In this document: positions 20,917-31,331 of the stretch, in pieces
Numbering within the stretch: the stretch's first letter is position 1
Layout: each line of letters starts with the position of its first letter
Assembly: GCA_024233455.1 (NCBI GenBank)
Contig: JACKPP010000001.1
Span: forward strand, 92,329-156,328
Length of the DNA stretch: 64,000 bases
Direction of reading: 5' to 3'
DNA from: Chlamydiales bacterium
GTDB taxonomy: Bacteria > Chlamydiota > Chlamydiia > Chlamydiales > JACKPQ01
Program-made: the position numbers and the translations under genes
Notes under the pieces: model-generated
Database searches by the model: none
Told to the model about the DNA's origin: nothing
What the model saw: the letters and a program-made list of their open reading frames with translations, nothing else

Positions 20917-21264
20917 TTAATTGCTAGAGTACGCTAGGGCATCGACTTTTTTGGCATCGAATAGGCTTTGAGCCTCATCCAAGCTAGCAACAGCTATAAT
21001 CGTAACATGCTTGCTGGCCTTGCGCATGAGATCCTGGTGCGTTGGCGAATCCTTGAGAACGACGATTTTAGATCCATTGAAATCGCTTAGGGCTTGGCCG
21101 GACTTAATGTAAGTTTTAATTTGAATTCCTTCAATTACTACTGTATTAAACTCCGTATCAACCACTTGCACAGTTTGAACGCTGTCAGTTTTAATTTCTT
21201 GTTCGTTGGCCATCAAGCCAGCACTTACCACTAATCCTAAAATAACCATTATTTTCTTAAACAT
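20917..21264 (-). CDS. small secreted protein resembling a fragment of a family-3 solute-binding protein
   Basis: signal peptide plus ...KIVVLKDSPTHQDLMRKASKHVTIIAVASLDEAQSLFDAKKVDALAYSS, like the hinge/C-lobe of amino-acid SBPs; only 115 aa, so possibly a gene remnant. Confidence 0.3.
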   Translation of the reverse strand: MFKKIMVILGLVVSAGLMANEQEIKTDSVQTVQVVDTEFNTVVIEGIQIKTYIKSGQALSDFNGSKIVVLKDSPTHQDLMRKASKHVTIIAVASLDEAQSLFDAKKVDALAYSSN

Positions 21265-21392
21265 AGTAACCCTCTAAGTTAACGTCGTTAATTATGCTAA
21301 AAAAAACATTTAATGTAAATAGTAAGATTTTATTTTAAACTAAAAATAGAGAACCCGATTAAGGATTCTCTATTTCATTATTCGCAAGAAGG

Positions 21393-21412
21393 AAAGCAGG
21401 GGACCCCGCTTT
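21393..21412 (-). terminator. putative intrinsic terminator downstream of acpP
   Basis: minus-strand RNA AAAGCGGGGUCCCCUGCUUU forms an 8-bp GC-rich hairpin followed by a U/C-rich tract, directly after the acpP stop. Confidence 0.45.
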
Positions 21413-21421
21413 ACTAACATA

Positions 21422-21661
21422 TTAAGCGTTAGCAGATTGCTTGTTTTCGATGTAAGAAATTACATCGCCAATCGTTTTAAGCTTTTCGGCTTCTTCTTCC
21501 GAAATCTCAAAACCAAAGCGCTCTTCAAACGTCATTACCAGTTCGGTAATATCAAGCGAATCTGCGTTTAAATCCACAAATGACTTATCTTCTGTCACAT
21601 CAGAAGCATCAACGCCAAGCTGTTCTGTGACGATATCGATTACGTCTTGTTTAATTGCCAT
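21422..21661 (-). CDS. acpP: acyl carrier protein
   Basis: 79 aa, phosphopantetheine attachment motif [13 protein letters not shown]. Confidence 0.85.
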   Translation of the reverse strand: MAIKQDVIDIVTEQLGVDASDVTEDKSFVDLNADSLDITELVMTFEERFGFEISEEEAEKLKTIGDVISYIENKQSANA

Positions 21662-21678
21662 TTTTCATTCCTTGTTTG

Positions 21679-22419
21679 TTATGCCGTCATTCCACCATCA
21701 ACTGGAAGGACGACGCCTGTTATATAATCTGACATAGGGCTAGCCAAAAAAAGTGCTGCACCTGCAATCGCTTCTGGCTGGCCAATCCCCATGGGGATTT
21801 TATCTGAAATTGCTGCCCTTTGCTGCTCGTTTAAGCTCTCTGTCATAGGCGTTTGGATATAGCCCGGCGCAATGCAGTTAACATTGATGCCACGGCTACC
21901 CAACTCTTTGGCCAAAGATTTAGTAAAGCCTACCATACCAAGCTTGGAAGCTGCATAATTGCTCTGTCCGGCATTTCCTGTCAAGCCAACAACAGAAGAG
22001 ATATTGATAATTTTACCCGAGCGTTGTTTCATCATCGGGCGCACCGCTGCCTTGCAAAAATTAAAAACCGATTTAAGGTTAGTTCCAAGAACCGCATCCC
22101 AATCTTCTTCACTCATACGCATCAGCAGTGTATCACGAGTAATCCCAGCGTTATTCACCAGTACATCTATAGCGCCAATATTGTCCAAAAACGCAGTCAC
22201 CGAAGCCGTATCGGCCACATCCAAAATATGGTATCCAAATTGCTGCGCGTCCCCAACTTGGCAACTGATCATTTCAGCCACACAAGCCTTGGCTCGCTCT
22301 TCATTTGTACCTACAATGATAACATCAGCACCTTGAGCAGCAAATTTCAGAGCAATCGCTTTGCCGATACCCGATGTGCCACCTGTAACTAGCGCTTTTT
22401 TTCCCTTAAGCAAGTGCAT
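21679..22419 (-). CDS. fabG: 3-oxoacyl-ACP reductase
   Basis: SDR family: TGGTSGIGKAIA cofactor motif, YAASK active site, 246 aa. Confidence 0.85.
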   Translation of the reverse strand: MHLLKGKKALVTGGTSGIGKAIALKFAAQGADVIIVGTNEERAKACVAEMISCQVGDAQQFGYHILDVADTASVTAFLDNIGAIDVLVNNAGITRDTLLMRMSEEDWDAVLGTNLKSVFNFCKAAVRPMMKQRSGKIINISSVVGLTGNAGQSNYAASKLGMVGFTKSLAKELGSRGINVNCIAPGYIQTPMTESLNEQQRAAISDKIPMGIGQPEAIAGAALFLASPMSDYITGVVLPVDGGMTA

Positions 22420-23347
22420 CCAAGTCTCCTACTTTTTCAATACTGATTGTTGTTCCTTTAACCCCAATTTTACGATTCATACCCGCCAATGTTTTGCCAG
22501 GGCCTATTTCGATATAGCGCTCTATTCCGTGATCTTCCATCGCATGAATCCCCTTTTCCCACTTGACTGGATACACGACCTGCTCATTGAGAAAATGGCG
22601 TACTTCATCGAGCGATGTCACATAATTGCCAGGGACATTCATGACAAGAGAAATACTACTCTCTTTAAACGGAGCGCTGTCAACTACCGGCTCGAGTTTT
22701 TCTTGCGCCGGTTTCATTAACTCGGAGTGGAATGCGCCTGAAACCTCAAGTTCCAAAAAGCGTTTGGCCCCTTTTTCCTTCATGATAGGCTCAGCTGCGG
22801 CGATTCCTTCTTTGGTACCGGCCAGCACAACTTGACGAGGACAATTGAGATTCGCCACCCAAACTCGGTGTTTTTTCTGTATTTGCAAAACCAATTGATC
22901 CACTAAAGCCTCGGGAAGTCCAAGCACCACCGCCATCGTTCCTGGATTTTGCAAACAGGCCTCTTGCATAAACTGTCCACGCGCCTTTACCAGCTTTAAT
23001 CCTTCTTCGAAGGACAATCTACCTGAAGCTACCACTGCCGAATACTCGCCCAGACTTAAGCCGGCACACGTATCAGGCAGTACACCAATCAATTTTTCAA
23101 TAGCCAGGCTCATTACATAAATGGCCAGTTGACTATTTTGGGTCTGGGTCAAATCTTCCATGGGACCGCTAAACATCAATTTTGATAAATGGGTAGAAAG
23201 CAGATCATCAGCATGATCAAAAATCTCTTTGCATTCAGCGTAATTCTCGTAAAAATCCTTGCCCATTCCGCAATACTGAGCACCTTGTCCTGGAAAAATC
23301 AGCGCCTGTTTCAAGCTAGCTCCTTTGTTAGCACCGCAGCACCCCAA
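22406..23347 (-). CDS. fabD: malonyl-CoA:ACP transacylase
   Basis: FPGQGAQY...GLSLGEYSA active-site serine motif. Confidence 0.8.
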   Translation of the reverse strand: MGCCGANKGASLKQALIFPGQGAQYCGMGKDFYENYAECKEIFDHADDLLSTHLSKLMFSGPMEDLTQTQNSQLAIYVMSLAIEKLIGVLPDTCAGLSLGEYSAVVASGRLSFEEGLKLVKARGQFMQEACLQNPGTMAVVLGLPEALVDQLVLQIQKKHRVWVANLNCPRQVVLAGTKEGIAAAEPIMKEKGAKRFLELEVSGAFHSELMKPAQEKLEPVVDSAPFKESSISLVMNVPGNYVTSLDEVRHFLNEQVVYPVKWEKGIHAMEDHGIERYIEIGPGKTLAGMNRKIGVKGTTISIEKVGDLDALA

Positions 23348-24300
23348 GTTAAGCCTGCTCCAAATGCTGCTAAGAGCAGATGATCACCAACTTCTGGTGT
23401 TTTTTCGCATTCCAGCTCATCCAAAGCAATACCCACGGATGAAGCTGACGTATTACCGTATTTATGGATGGTCATAAAAACCCGCTCCATAGGGACACAA
23501 AAGCGCTTGGCAAGCGCTTCGATAATGCGAATATTGGCCTGGTGGGGCACCAGCCAACTCAAATTCGCCTTATCCAATCCCGCTTTCAGAAGCGCCTCTT
23601 CTGAAGCTGCTTCCATACGGCGCACAGCGTGCTTAAACACCTCTTTGCCGTTCATGTGGATGAAATGCTCGCGATTTTTAACCGTTTCTTCCGATGCTGG
23701 GCGTCGCACACCACCAGCTGGCATGTGTAAAAGTTCAGCCTGGCAGCCATCAGAGCCAATTGTAATAGAATCGATCACATAGCCTGCCCCCTCACTTGCC
23801 ACAACACAAGCTGCTGCGCCATCGCCAAAAAGGACACACGTATTGCGGTCTTCATAGTCGGTAATAGCCGAAAGTTTTTCAGCAGCGATCACAAGCACAT
23901 GCTGATAGAGACCCGATTCGACAAACGCCTTGGCCTGGGCTAGGGCATAAAGGTAACCGGTGCAAGCAGCCATCAAATCAACTGCCGGAATGTTTTCCAG
24001 TTCAAGACCACGCTGAATTAAACAGGCAGTACTCGGAAAAATATGATCAGATGAGAGCGTTGCCACCAAAATACAATCAATCTTACTCTTATCGATACCA
24101 GCTGCCGCCAACGCCTTTTTGGCAGCATTCAATCCCATATCGGAGGTGAATTCATCATCAGCTGCAATGCGCCGCTCTTTCATGCCTGTGCGCGAAAAAA
24201 TCCACTCATCATTGGTATCAACAATTTTTTCTAAATCAGCATTAGTAAGCACTTTTTCAGGAACATACGAGCCTGTTCCGACGATCCGGGCTTTTTTCAC
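23311..24300 (-). CDS. fabH: 3-oxoacyl-ACP synthase III
   Basis: KAS III blocks (AACTGY active Cys; HQANIRI; GNTSASS); start reassigned to GTG (VKKARIVGTG) preceded by AGGAG; this removes the ORF-track overlap with recR. Confidence 0.8.
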   Translation of the reverse strand: MKKARIVGTGSYVPEKVLTNADLEKIVDTNDEWIFSRTGMKERRIAADDEFTSDMGLNAAKKALAAAGIDKSKIDCILVATLSSDHIFPSTACLIQRGLELENIPAVDLMAACTGYLYALAQAKAFVESGLYQHVLVIAAEKLSAITDYEDRNTCVLFGDGAAACVVASEGAGYVIDSITIGSDGCQAELLHMPAGGVRRPASEETVKNREHFIHMNGKEVFKHAVRRMEAASEEALLKAGLDKANLSWLVPHQANIRIIEALAKRFCVPMERVFMTIHKYGNTSASSVGIALDELECEKTPEVGDHLLLAAFGAGLTWGAAVLTKELA

Positions 24301-24367
24301 TTGATCTCCTACAATATAAAGATCATAGTATAGCACAAATGGATAAATAAGAAAAGTAAGGATTCCC

Positions 24368-24958
24368 TTGAAATACCCCACCGACTTACAAACCCTGATC
24401 ACCTACCTACGAAAACTCCCAGGAGTTGGAAACAAGACCGCTGAACGCTATGCCTTTGCCCTGCTTGATTGGAAAGAAAAAGATTTAATTGACATATCGT
24501 CATTGCTCGGCACGCTTAGAACCCGCGTCAAAGCCTGCGCTACTTGCGGTTGCCTGCAAGACCACAATCACTGCCCATTTTGCGTGGGCCGCGACACCAA
24601 CGTGCTCTGCATTATCTCCTCTCCCAAAGATGCTTATGCAATTGAAGACACCCATGCCTATCGCGGCCTATACCACGTCATCGAAACTTTGATCTCTCCC
24701 CTCGACGGTCGCACACCAGATCAACTCGATCTTCCCAAACTGAAAAACCGCATTCAAACGCACGGGATTAAAGAAGTTATTATAGCTTTAGATTCTACCC
24801 TTGAAGGTGACGCCACCGCCCTTTTTCTCAAAAATGACTTTGACAATCAAGGACTCAATGTCACACGCCTGGCCTTTGGAATGCCCATGGGTAGCACGCT
24901 CGACTACATCGATGAGGGAACCCTTTCCTTGGCCATCACCGGCCGTCGCACTTTTTAA
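24368..24958 (+). CDS. recR: recombination protein RecR
   Basis: N-terminal HhH (LPGVGNKTAERYAF), C4 zinc finger (CATCGC...CPFC), Toprim domain. Confidence 0.85.
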   Translation: MKYPTDLQTLITYLRKLPGVGNKTAERYAFALLDWKEKDLIDISSLLGTLRTRVKACATCGCLQDHNHCPFCVGRDTNVLCIISSPKDAYAIEDTHAYRGLYHVIETLISPLDGRTPDQLDLPKLKNRIQTHGIKEVIIALDSTLEGDATALFLKNDFDNQGLNVTRLAFGMPMGSTLDYIDEGTLSLAITGRRTF

Positions 24959-24992
24959 AACGCAACCACAGCTAAAGCGTTGCCAGCTGCTC

Positions 24993-25493
24993 TTAAGGGC
25001 TAAAGACCTTTTGCATTATGTTATTTATCTCCATGACGCTTGTATCTACTTTGCTTAGTAAGGTTAGTGCCTCCTCAACATTTCTTGCTTTCTCCATAGG
25101 AGAAAAAGTATGGAAAAGCGGCCGATCTTCAAAAGCGTTCTCATCACCTACGGCATCTTCCACAAATTTGAGAGCACCAAACCCATTTTCATCAATCGTA
25201 AAGGGGGGATGAGAATTGAAATAATAGCCTTTTTCTCCGCATTCATCAGAATATCTCAAGCCAACATCCACTATGCTATGATAGGTCTTTAAGTCCCTCG
25301 CTTGAACATCTATCCGAACCGTTTGATCCGAAGAATGCACCGAAATTGAAATCTGGCGTATGGATTGGCAGGCAGTAGCCTGAATAAAAGTATACGTAAT
25401 ATCACTGACAGACGCTCCAGGGCCCGTAATATTTCCTTCCGAACTCACGTACCAACCGTACGCCTGTGATGGTACTCCACACGTCATTGCCAC
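24993..25493 (-). CDS. hypothetical protein
   Basis: 166-aa ORF between recR and bamA, no motif recognised. Confidence 0.3.
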   Translation of the reverse strand: MAMTCGVPSQAYGWYVSSEGNITGPGASVSDITYTFIQATACQSIRQISISVHSSDQTVRIDVQARDLKTYHSIVDVGLRYSDECGEKGYYFNSHPPFTIDENGFGALKFVEDAVGDENAFEDRPLFHTFSPMEKARNVEEALTLLSKVDTSVMEINNIMQKVFSP

Positions 25494-25676
25494 TTATCAC
25501 CTTTTAAATTGCTTTTGTAAAGCCGTATGGTAGGATCTGCTCCTAATTTTTTTCCAGTGAAAAATTTAACCTTTTTGACAAAATTAAAACCACCATCAAG
25601 ACACTAGAGCTTGCGTGAATTTAACTTGATCGAATATGATGGGCAGCTCAAGTTATTGGCAAAGGAATCGTTTTTC

Positions 25677-28175
25677 ATGAACAAATTGGTTTATCGCGTA
25701 GCTGCAGCACTTTGCATGGGAGCCATGTTGGACGCTCCTATTCTGCTGGCATATTCCGCAGTTGTCGAGACGTTCGAAAATAAAACTGTGGCCAAAATCA
25801 CATTGATCATGGAAAGCGAAAATTGCCCCTTCGATCCACAGAGCTTAAAATCTAGGATGAGCACCAAGCAGGGTGACCCATTCCATCAACTGACCTTTGA
25901 TACCGATCTAAAGATGCTAGCTGAAGAGTACGATCGGATAGAACCCTCTCTAGAGGTCATCAATGGACAAGTCTACATCACTGTGCGTCTTTGGCAAAAA
26001 CCTATTATTAAACGGATCGAATGGCAAGGCAATAAAAAACTAAAAACTTCAACCCTGACCAAAGAATTAGGCGTATCTCCCGGTGAAGTATTCGATCGAG
26101 ACACTTTTAACAAAGGCTTCATGAAAATCAAAGAGCTATACGTTAAAAAAGGCTACTTTGAAGTGCAAGGATCTTACCGCATCGTACCTCAGGAAAACTC
26201 CAACGATATCGTCATTGAAATCAACATTCGTGAAGGTAGATCTGGCCGCATAGCTAAAATGGAATTCGAGGGTTTTACTTCAGGTGAAGAAAAAGAAATC
26301 ATGCGCAAAATGGTTTCGAAAAAATACAATTTTCTAATCAGCTGGGTAACAGGCTCTGGAATTTATCGCGATGATATGATGGAACATGACAAACTCATCA
26401 TTGTCAACTACCTCCAGAATAAAGGCTATGCCGATGCCAAAGTCAGCATCACGCAAAAAGAAGATCCCATTGACCCGGCCAAACTCATCATTGTGATTAC
26501 CGCCGATCGTGGCGATGAATTTCATTTTGGTGAAATCACGTTCTGCGGCAATAAGCTTTATACCGATAGCCAAATTCAAGACATTTTTACGATCCACGAT
26601 GGGGATCCCTATTCACCCGATGCTCTCCGTGATACCGTCCAAAACATTAAAGACCTGTACGGGCAGCGCGGTTATATCGATACCAGCGTCTCTTATCAAC
26701 TCTACTTAATGCCCGATGAACCGGTATACAATGTCCAGTTTGACATCGATGAGGGTGAGCAATACCGCGTTGGTTTAGTGCGCGTTCTTGGTAATGTTAG
26801 TACCGAAACACGGGTCATTCTGCACCAAACCAACCTCGTCCCTGGAGAAGTCTTTGACTCGAATAAACTCAAAGCGACCGAATACCGACTTCTTGGAACC
26901 GGCTACTTCAAAACTGTTAACGTCTATCCTGTCAAATCTCAATACGACTCAGATTTAGGGCCAAACTTTCGCGACGTCATTATCGAAGTAGAAGAGACGA
27001 CAACTGGTAACGTTAGCCTTTTCTTCGGAGCCAGCTCTGTCGACGATATTTTTGGTGGTCTAGATATCAGCGAAAATAACTTTAATCACAAAGGGCTAAC
27101 CCGTTTTTGGAAAGATGGATTTTCAGCGCTGCGTGGTGGTGGTGAACTTGCTTCGGCCAAAGTCCAAATCGGTAAAAAAACCCGATCGTACACTATCAAC
27201 TGGATGGAGCCCCACTTTAAAGACACCAATTGGCGCGTTGGCTTTGATGTGAACTACACTCATAGTACGGTCATTTCTGATAACTTCGACATCGATACTG
27301 GCGGCGGTACAATTTTTGCATCCTACCCCTTAAGTGGCTATTGGACTGCTACGCTTAAATGGCGTATACGCAATTCGGTCATCGACATTAGTACTGATCC
27401 TCCTAAAATTCCCAAAGCCAAAACCAATGCAGCTGGTCAGATCACCAATGAAAAAGAAATAAAACAGGCCATGCAAAACCAGACTGCTTGGAAAAAAGCG
27501 CAAACCCAACAAGAGCGCAATAGCGGCCTGGTCATGGGTGTTGGCGGAACATTTGGATTTGATTCAACAGATAGACCCTACAAGCCTCGCATGGGGGCCC
27601 GATCCTTCATTGAAGGAGAAATCTGCGGTGTTCGTCGCCACTCCTCTGATGACCGCTGCTTCCCCTTCATGAAAGCAGCTTACCTCAACACCTACTATCA
27701 CCCCATTGGCAAGCGGGGAATTTTCAAGGCTAGGGGCGATGTCCGAGTCCTAGATACATTTGGTTTGGGAAAACCAGAACTCTTGCCTTTCCCCGAGCGT
27801 TATGTTATGGGTGGTGAAAACTCGGTGCGTGGTTATGAACAATTCTCGATTGGACCTCTGTTTCCTGGAGAACAAAACAACACAAATGACAACGATATCG
27901 ATCCGCTCGGCGGAGCAACGTCCATGCTACTTTCTGTCGAATACCTACATGAAATCATCCCCCCATTCCTGGATGTTTTCGTCTTCATCGACGGTGGTAG
28001 TGCCGATATCAAACCTTGGCACTTTAATACCCTACGCACAAGTGCCGGAGCTGGTGTGCGGATTGACATTGGCAATCGCGTTCCCTTTATCTTCGGGTAC
28101 GGTTACCCACTCAACCCAAGAAACCGCAAAGTTCAAGAAAAATCGTTCTTTTTCTCGATGGGCGGACAATTTTAA
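25677..28175 (+). CDS. bamA: outer membrane protein assembly factor BamA (Omp85)
   Basis: signal peptide at MNKLVYRVAAALCMGAML, POTRA repeats, C-terminal beta-barrel ending in aromatic F; fabH-recR-bamA-skp-lpxD order as in Chlamydia. Confidence 0.8.
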   Translation: MNKLVYRVAAALCMGAMLDAPILLAYSAVVETFENKTVAKITLIMESENCPFDPQSLKSRMSTKQGDPFHQLTFDTDLKMLAEEYDRIEPSLEVINGQVYITVRLWQKPIIKRIEWQGNKKLKTSTLTKELGVSPGEVFDRDTFNKGFMKIKELYVKKGYFEVQGSYRIVPQENSNDIVIEINIREGRSGRIAKMEFEGFTSGEEKEIMRKMVSKKYNFLISWVTGSGIYRDDMMEHDKLIIVNYLQNKGYADAKVSITQKEDPIDPAKLIIVITADRGDEFHFGEITFCGNKLYTDSQIQDIFTIHDGDPYSPDALRDTVQNIKDLYGQRGYIDTSVSYQLYLMPDEPVYNVQFDIDEGEQYRVGLVRVLGNVSTETRVILHQTNLVPGEVFDSNKLKATEYRLLGTGYFKTVNVYPVKSQYDSDLGPNFRDVIIEVEETTTGNVSLFFGASSVDDIFGGLDISENNFNHKGLTRFWKDGFSALRGGGELASAKVQIGKKTRSYTINWMEPHFKDTNWRVGFDVNYTHSTVISDNFDIDTGGGTIFASYPLSGYWTATLKWRIRNSVIDISTDPPKIPKAKTNAAGQITNEKEIKQAMQNQTAWKKAQTQQERNSGLVMGVGGTFGFDSTDRPYKPRMGARSFIEGEICGVRRHSSDDRCFPFMKAAYLNTYYHPIGKRGIFKARGDVRVLDTFGLGKPELLPFPERYVMGGENSVRGYEQFSIGPLFPGEQNNTNDNDIDPLGGATSMLLSVEYLHEIIPPFLDVFVFIDGGSADIKPWHFNTLRTSAGAGVRIDIGNRVPFIFGYGYPLNPRNRKVQEKSFFFSMGGQF

Positions 28176-28190
28176 CAACGGAGTCATGAC

Positions 28191-28730
28191 ATGAAGAAAA
28201 CAATTGCAGTTTTAGCATTAGCACTTAGCTCTACAGGGCTACTAAAAGCAACTGAGACCGATGCCAAAAAAATTGGTGTTGCCAATTTTGCTAGTTGTGT
28301 TGCTGATTCCAAATACGGAAAAAAGGAGCAGGAAGCTCTAGAAAATCTTAAAAATCAAATGCAATCACTGGTGCAAGATACTGAAAAAAACTTGCGCGAG
28401 ATTGCTAACAAGTTGCAAGACCCAGAACATTTAGATGGTCTATCTCCGGAAGCAGAGCAAGAGCTACGCGTTAAATTCCAAAGCTTGCAAGAAGAGATGG
28501 CTAAGTACCAAAACCAGTACTACCAAGTGTTGAACCAAGCCAATATGAAAATGGTCCAAAACATGGGTGGTCGCATTGCTGCTGCAGCTGAAAAAGTTGC
28601 TAAAGACCACGGTTTTTCATTTGTGATTAATAAAGATGCTTGTTTCTACTTCGACCAAGATGTCACAAGCCTTGTTTTAACAGAACTCGACCACAATTAC
28701 GACATCGAAAATCAGGAATCTCGTGGATAA
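28191..28730 (+). CDS. skp: periplasmic chaperone Skp/OmpH
   Basis: signal peptide, coiled-coil, K/E/Q-rich, 179 aa, located between bamA and lpxD. Confidence 0.6.
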   Translation: MKKTIAVLALALSSTGLLKATETDAKKIGVANFASCVADSKYGKKEQEALENLKNQMQSLVQDTEKNLREIANKLQDPEHLDGLSPEAEQELRVKFQSLQEEMAKYQNQYYQVLNQANMKMVQNMGGRIAAAAEKVAKDHGFSFVINKDACFYFDQDVTSLVLTELDHNYDIENQESRG

Positions 28731-29763
28731 AGGCGTTACGTTATATGAGCTTGCGCAGCTGACAAATAGCATCCTTGTTGGGGATCCAGCATTTTCCATT
28801 CAAGGAGTTGACACCTTAGAATCTGCGAGCACATCTGATGCCTCGTTTCTTTCTAACCCCCGTTATTTCGAGGCGATGAAAGCCTCAAAAGCGGGGGTGA
28901 TTTGTATCGATGCAAACACCGAACAAATGCCTGGGAAAAATTATCTAGTTTCGGATAACCCCTCGCGTGCTTTCCAAAAAATTGCAGAACTTTTGCTAGA
29001 ATCTGTGCAGACCGGTTTTACCGATATCCACCCCACAGCTGTCATCCATCCCACTGCAAAGCTTGGCGATAATGTCACAATTGGCCCTTACGTTGTCATT
29101 GATAAAGGCGTTAACATCGGAGCTCACACTCACATTTACGCCCATGTATCCATCGGCCCTGCTACCAATATCGGGGCCAACTGCACGATCTATCCCCATG
29201 TCACCATTCGTGAGCGCTCTCAAATCGGCAATCGCGTCACCATTCAACCCGGAGCAGTTATTGGATCATGCGGCTATGGTTATACCATGGATGCTAAAGG
29301 GCACCACAACAAACTAGAGCAAATCGGCAATGTCATCATTGAAGATGACGTGGAAATCGGCGCTAATACCACCATCGATAGAGCCAGATTTAAATCCACG
29401 CGTATTGGCCGTGGCACCAAACTCGATAACCTGGTTCAAATTGGTCATAACGTCTCTCTTGGAGAGGATAACCTCATTATTTCACAATCTGGAATTGCAG
29501 GTTCTGCCAAAACCGGGAGGCATGTTTTTATGGGTGGCCAAGGTGGCATCGTCGGCCATGTTGATATTACCGATAACGTCCAAATCGCAACGCGTGGCGG
29601 CGTCAGCAAAGACATCAAAACAAGTGGCATTTATGGCGGTGGCCCGGTCATGCCTATGAAAGAATTCAATACCATGCAAGTCCACATTCGCAAACTTTCC
29701 TCTTACGCAAAACGGCTTAAAGAACTTGAAATCCAGTTGGCCTCACTTATTTCAAAAAAATAG
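28723..29763 (+). CDS. lpxD: UDP-3-O-acylglucosamine N-acyltransferase
   Basis: left-handed beta-helix hexapeptide repeats (IHPTAVIHPTAKLGDNVTIGPYVVI...). Confidence 0.8.
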   Translation: MDKGVTLYELAQLTNSILVGDPAFSIQGVDTLESASTSDASFLSNPRYFEAMKASKAGVICIDANTEQMPGKNYLVSDNPSRAFQKIAELLLESVQTGFTDIHPTAVIHPTAKLGDNVTIGPYVVIDKGVNIGAHTHIYAHVSIGPATNIGANCTIYPHVTIRERSQIGNRVTIQPGAVIGSCGYGYTMDAKGHHNKLEQIGNVIIEDDVEIGANTTIDRARFKSTRIGRGTKLDNLVQIGHNVSLGEDNLIISQSGIAGSAKTGRHVFMGGQGGIVGHVDITDNVQIATRGGVSKDIKTSGIYGGGPVMPMKEFNTMQVHIRKLSSYAKRLKELEIQLASLISKK

Positions 29764-29828
29764 TATAGTAAAAAGTCTGGTAGCTGATTTGGCTTGTATC
29801 TTTAGCCTTTTAGAGTTAAACTAGTTCT

Positions 29829-30749
29829 ATGATTACAACGTATTTTAAATCAGATGCCGACGAGGCTTTCGAAGCTATTGCCGAGGCCAGACCAGGCTGC
29901 TGGATGCATGTCGACGAAGCTACATCCAATGATGTGACTCAGATAGCCAAACTCATTGACGTTGAGTATACTGACTTGCACGATTGCCTTGACCGCTATG
30001 AAATTCCCCGTATTGAGCGCCTCGATGAGCACATCCTTATCTTTACGCGTCATCCAACCGTCCATGAAGCAGGGCTATTTACCACAACACTGACCATCAT
30101 TTTGACAAAAGATTATTTCATTACTGTCTGTCCCCAAAAAAGTTTTTTGATAGAAAATTTTATCAACCAAAAACCTAAAATCGCCACCAATCAACCCAGT
30201 AAACTCCTCATCTACATCCTCCTCAAAATCACCCAAGAATACACCATCAAAATTAAAAAAATTAGAGCTGGCGTCATCCGCAAAGAAAAAGAGATGGCTC
30301 AGGTTGAAAGTAAAGACATCACTTCTCTAACTGTCCATGAAGAAAATCTGAATCAATACCTCTCCTCCCTCGTTCCTCTGCGCAATGTCCTAGAAGCCAT
30401 CACCTCTGGTCGCTACACTTTTCTGTATGAAAAAGACCAGGATTTACTTGAAGACTTACTCAATGCATCTCTTCAGTCGGAAGAAATTTGCTCGGTGAAT
30501 TTGCGCTCGATCAGATCACTTCGCGACTCCTACCAAATTATTTTCACCAATCAGCTAAATAAAACCATCAAGCTATTAACCGCGCTCACTATCATACTAA
30601 GCCTGCCTACCATGATAGCTAGCCTCTATGGTATGAATGTGGCTCTTCCGTTTGCCAACAGTGCCGTGGCTTTTGCCGGTATCATGGCGTTTACTGCAGC
30701 CATTTCCATCTTTGCCGTCTGGATATTTCATCGTAAAAAGTGGCTATGA
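29829..30749 (+). CDS. corA: CorA-family magnesium/cobalt transporter
   Basis: C-terminal two TM helices with YGMNV (GMN) motif. Confidence 0.65.
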   Translation: MITTYFKSDADEAFEAIAEARPGCWMHVDEATSNDVTQIAKLIDVEYTDLHDCLDRYEIPRIERLDEHILIFTRHPTVHEAGLFTTTLTIILTKDYFITVCPQKSFLIENFINQKPKIATNQPSKLLIYILLKITQEYTIKIKKIRAGVIRKEKEMAQVESKDITSLTVHEENLNQYLSSLVPLRNVLEAITSGRYTFLYEKDQDLLEDLLNASLQSEEICSVNLRSIRSLRDSYQIIFTNQLNKTIKLLTALTIILSLPTMIASLYGMNVALPFANSAVAFAGIMAFTAAISIFAVWIFHRKKWL

Positions 30750-31138
30750 CCTTCCTTATCCCCAAACTTTTCAGAGATATTGCCACAGCTCCATTTAGCA
30801 ATACCCCCAAAGAAAATAGCATCGAAGTGATAATAACAGTCGCTTTTGGCGCTCTTTTAGCAGCCGGCCTCTACTCCCTAAGAAGCATTCCGCTAGCTAG
30901 TATCCCTATTTGCATTGCAGCCTACTATCTAGATTCCCCTGGAGCCAATTGCGGCATTGCAATAGCAAGCTCTATCAGCGCTGTTAAATTAGGCTGGGTC
31001 ACCTACCGCTGCATCAGCTTAAAAAGACCCGAAGCTTTTCTATTTGGCTCTTTCCTTGTTATATCTGTGGGCTGTGCCTGGTACAACTTTAACCGAGCCG
31101 GCACAAAAAAATCTGGGTACTTACGCTATAATGGTTAA
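30740..31138 (+). CDS. hypothetical small membrane protein
   Basis: 132 aa, 3-4 hydrophobic segments, overlaps corA end by 10 nt. Confidence 0.3.
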   Translation: MAMTFLIPKLFRDIATAPFSNTPKENSIEVIITVAFGALLAAGLYSLRSIPLASIPICIAAYYLDSPGANCGIAIASSISAVKLGWVTYRCISLKRPEAFLFGSFLVISVGCAWYNFNRAGTKKSGYLRYNG

Positions 31139-31331
31139 ACTTCCAACTGGACCAGATAAATCTAAAATGCCTCAGCAGCGATTCCATCCCTGCTGCCATC
31201 GGATGGGTATACTCGCATCGTTCGTGAACAGCCTACCAACAACAGAAACTGGCAATTTCCCCAAAGTCACACCAAAGCCTCCCGATGAGCATAAAACTAT
31301 CGAGAGGATCTTCGATGCTTTACACTAAAGC

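Noticed and set aside
21853-22392. antisense ORFs inside fabG (21853-22392, 21959-22336) and many other 60-180 aa ORFs embedded opposite or within well-supported genes (e.g. 423-785, 1589-1951, 3368-3730, 19338-19745, 33312-33752, 39022-39395, 52036-52421)
   Set aside because: They are fully contained within longer ORFs that have clear conserved-family signatures. They have no motifs, and their composition bias is typical of antisense frames.
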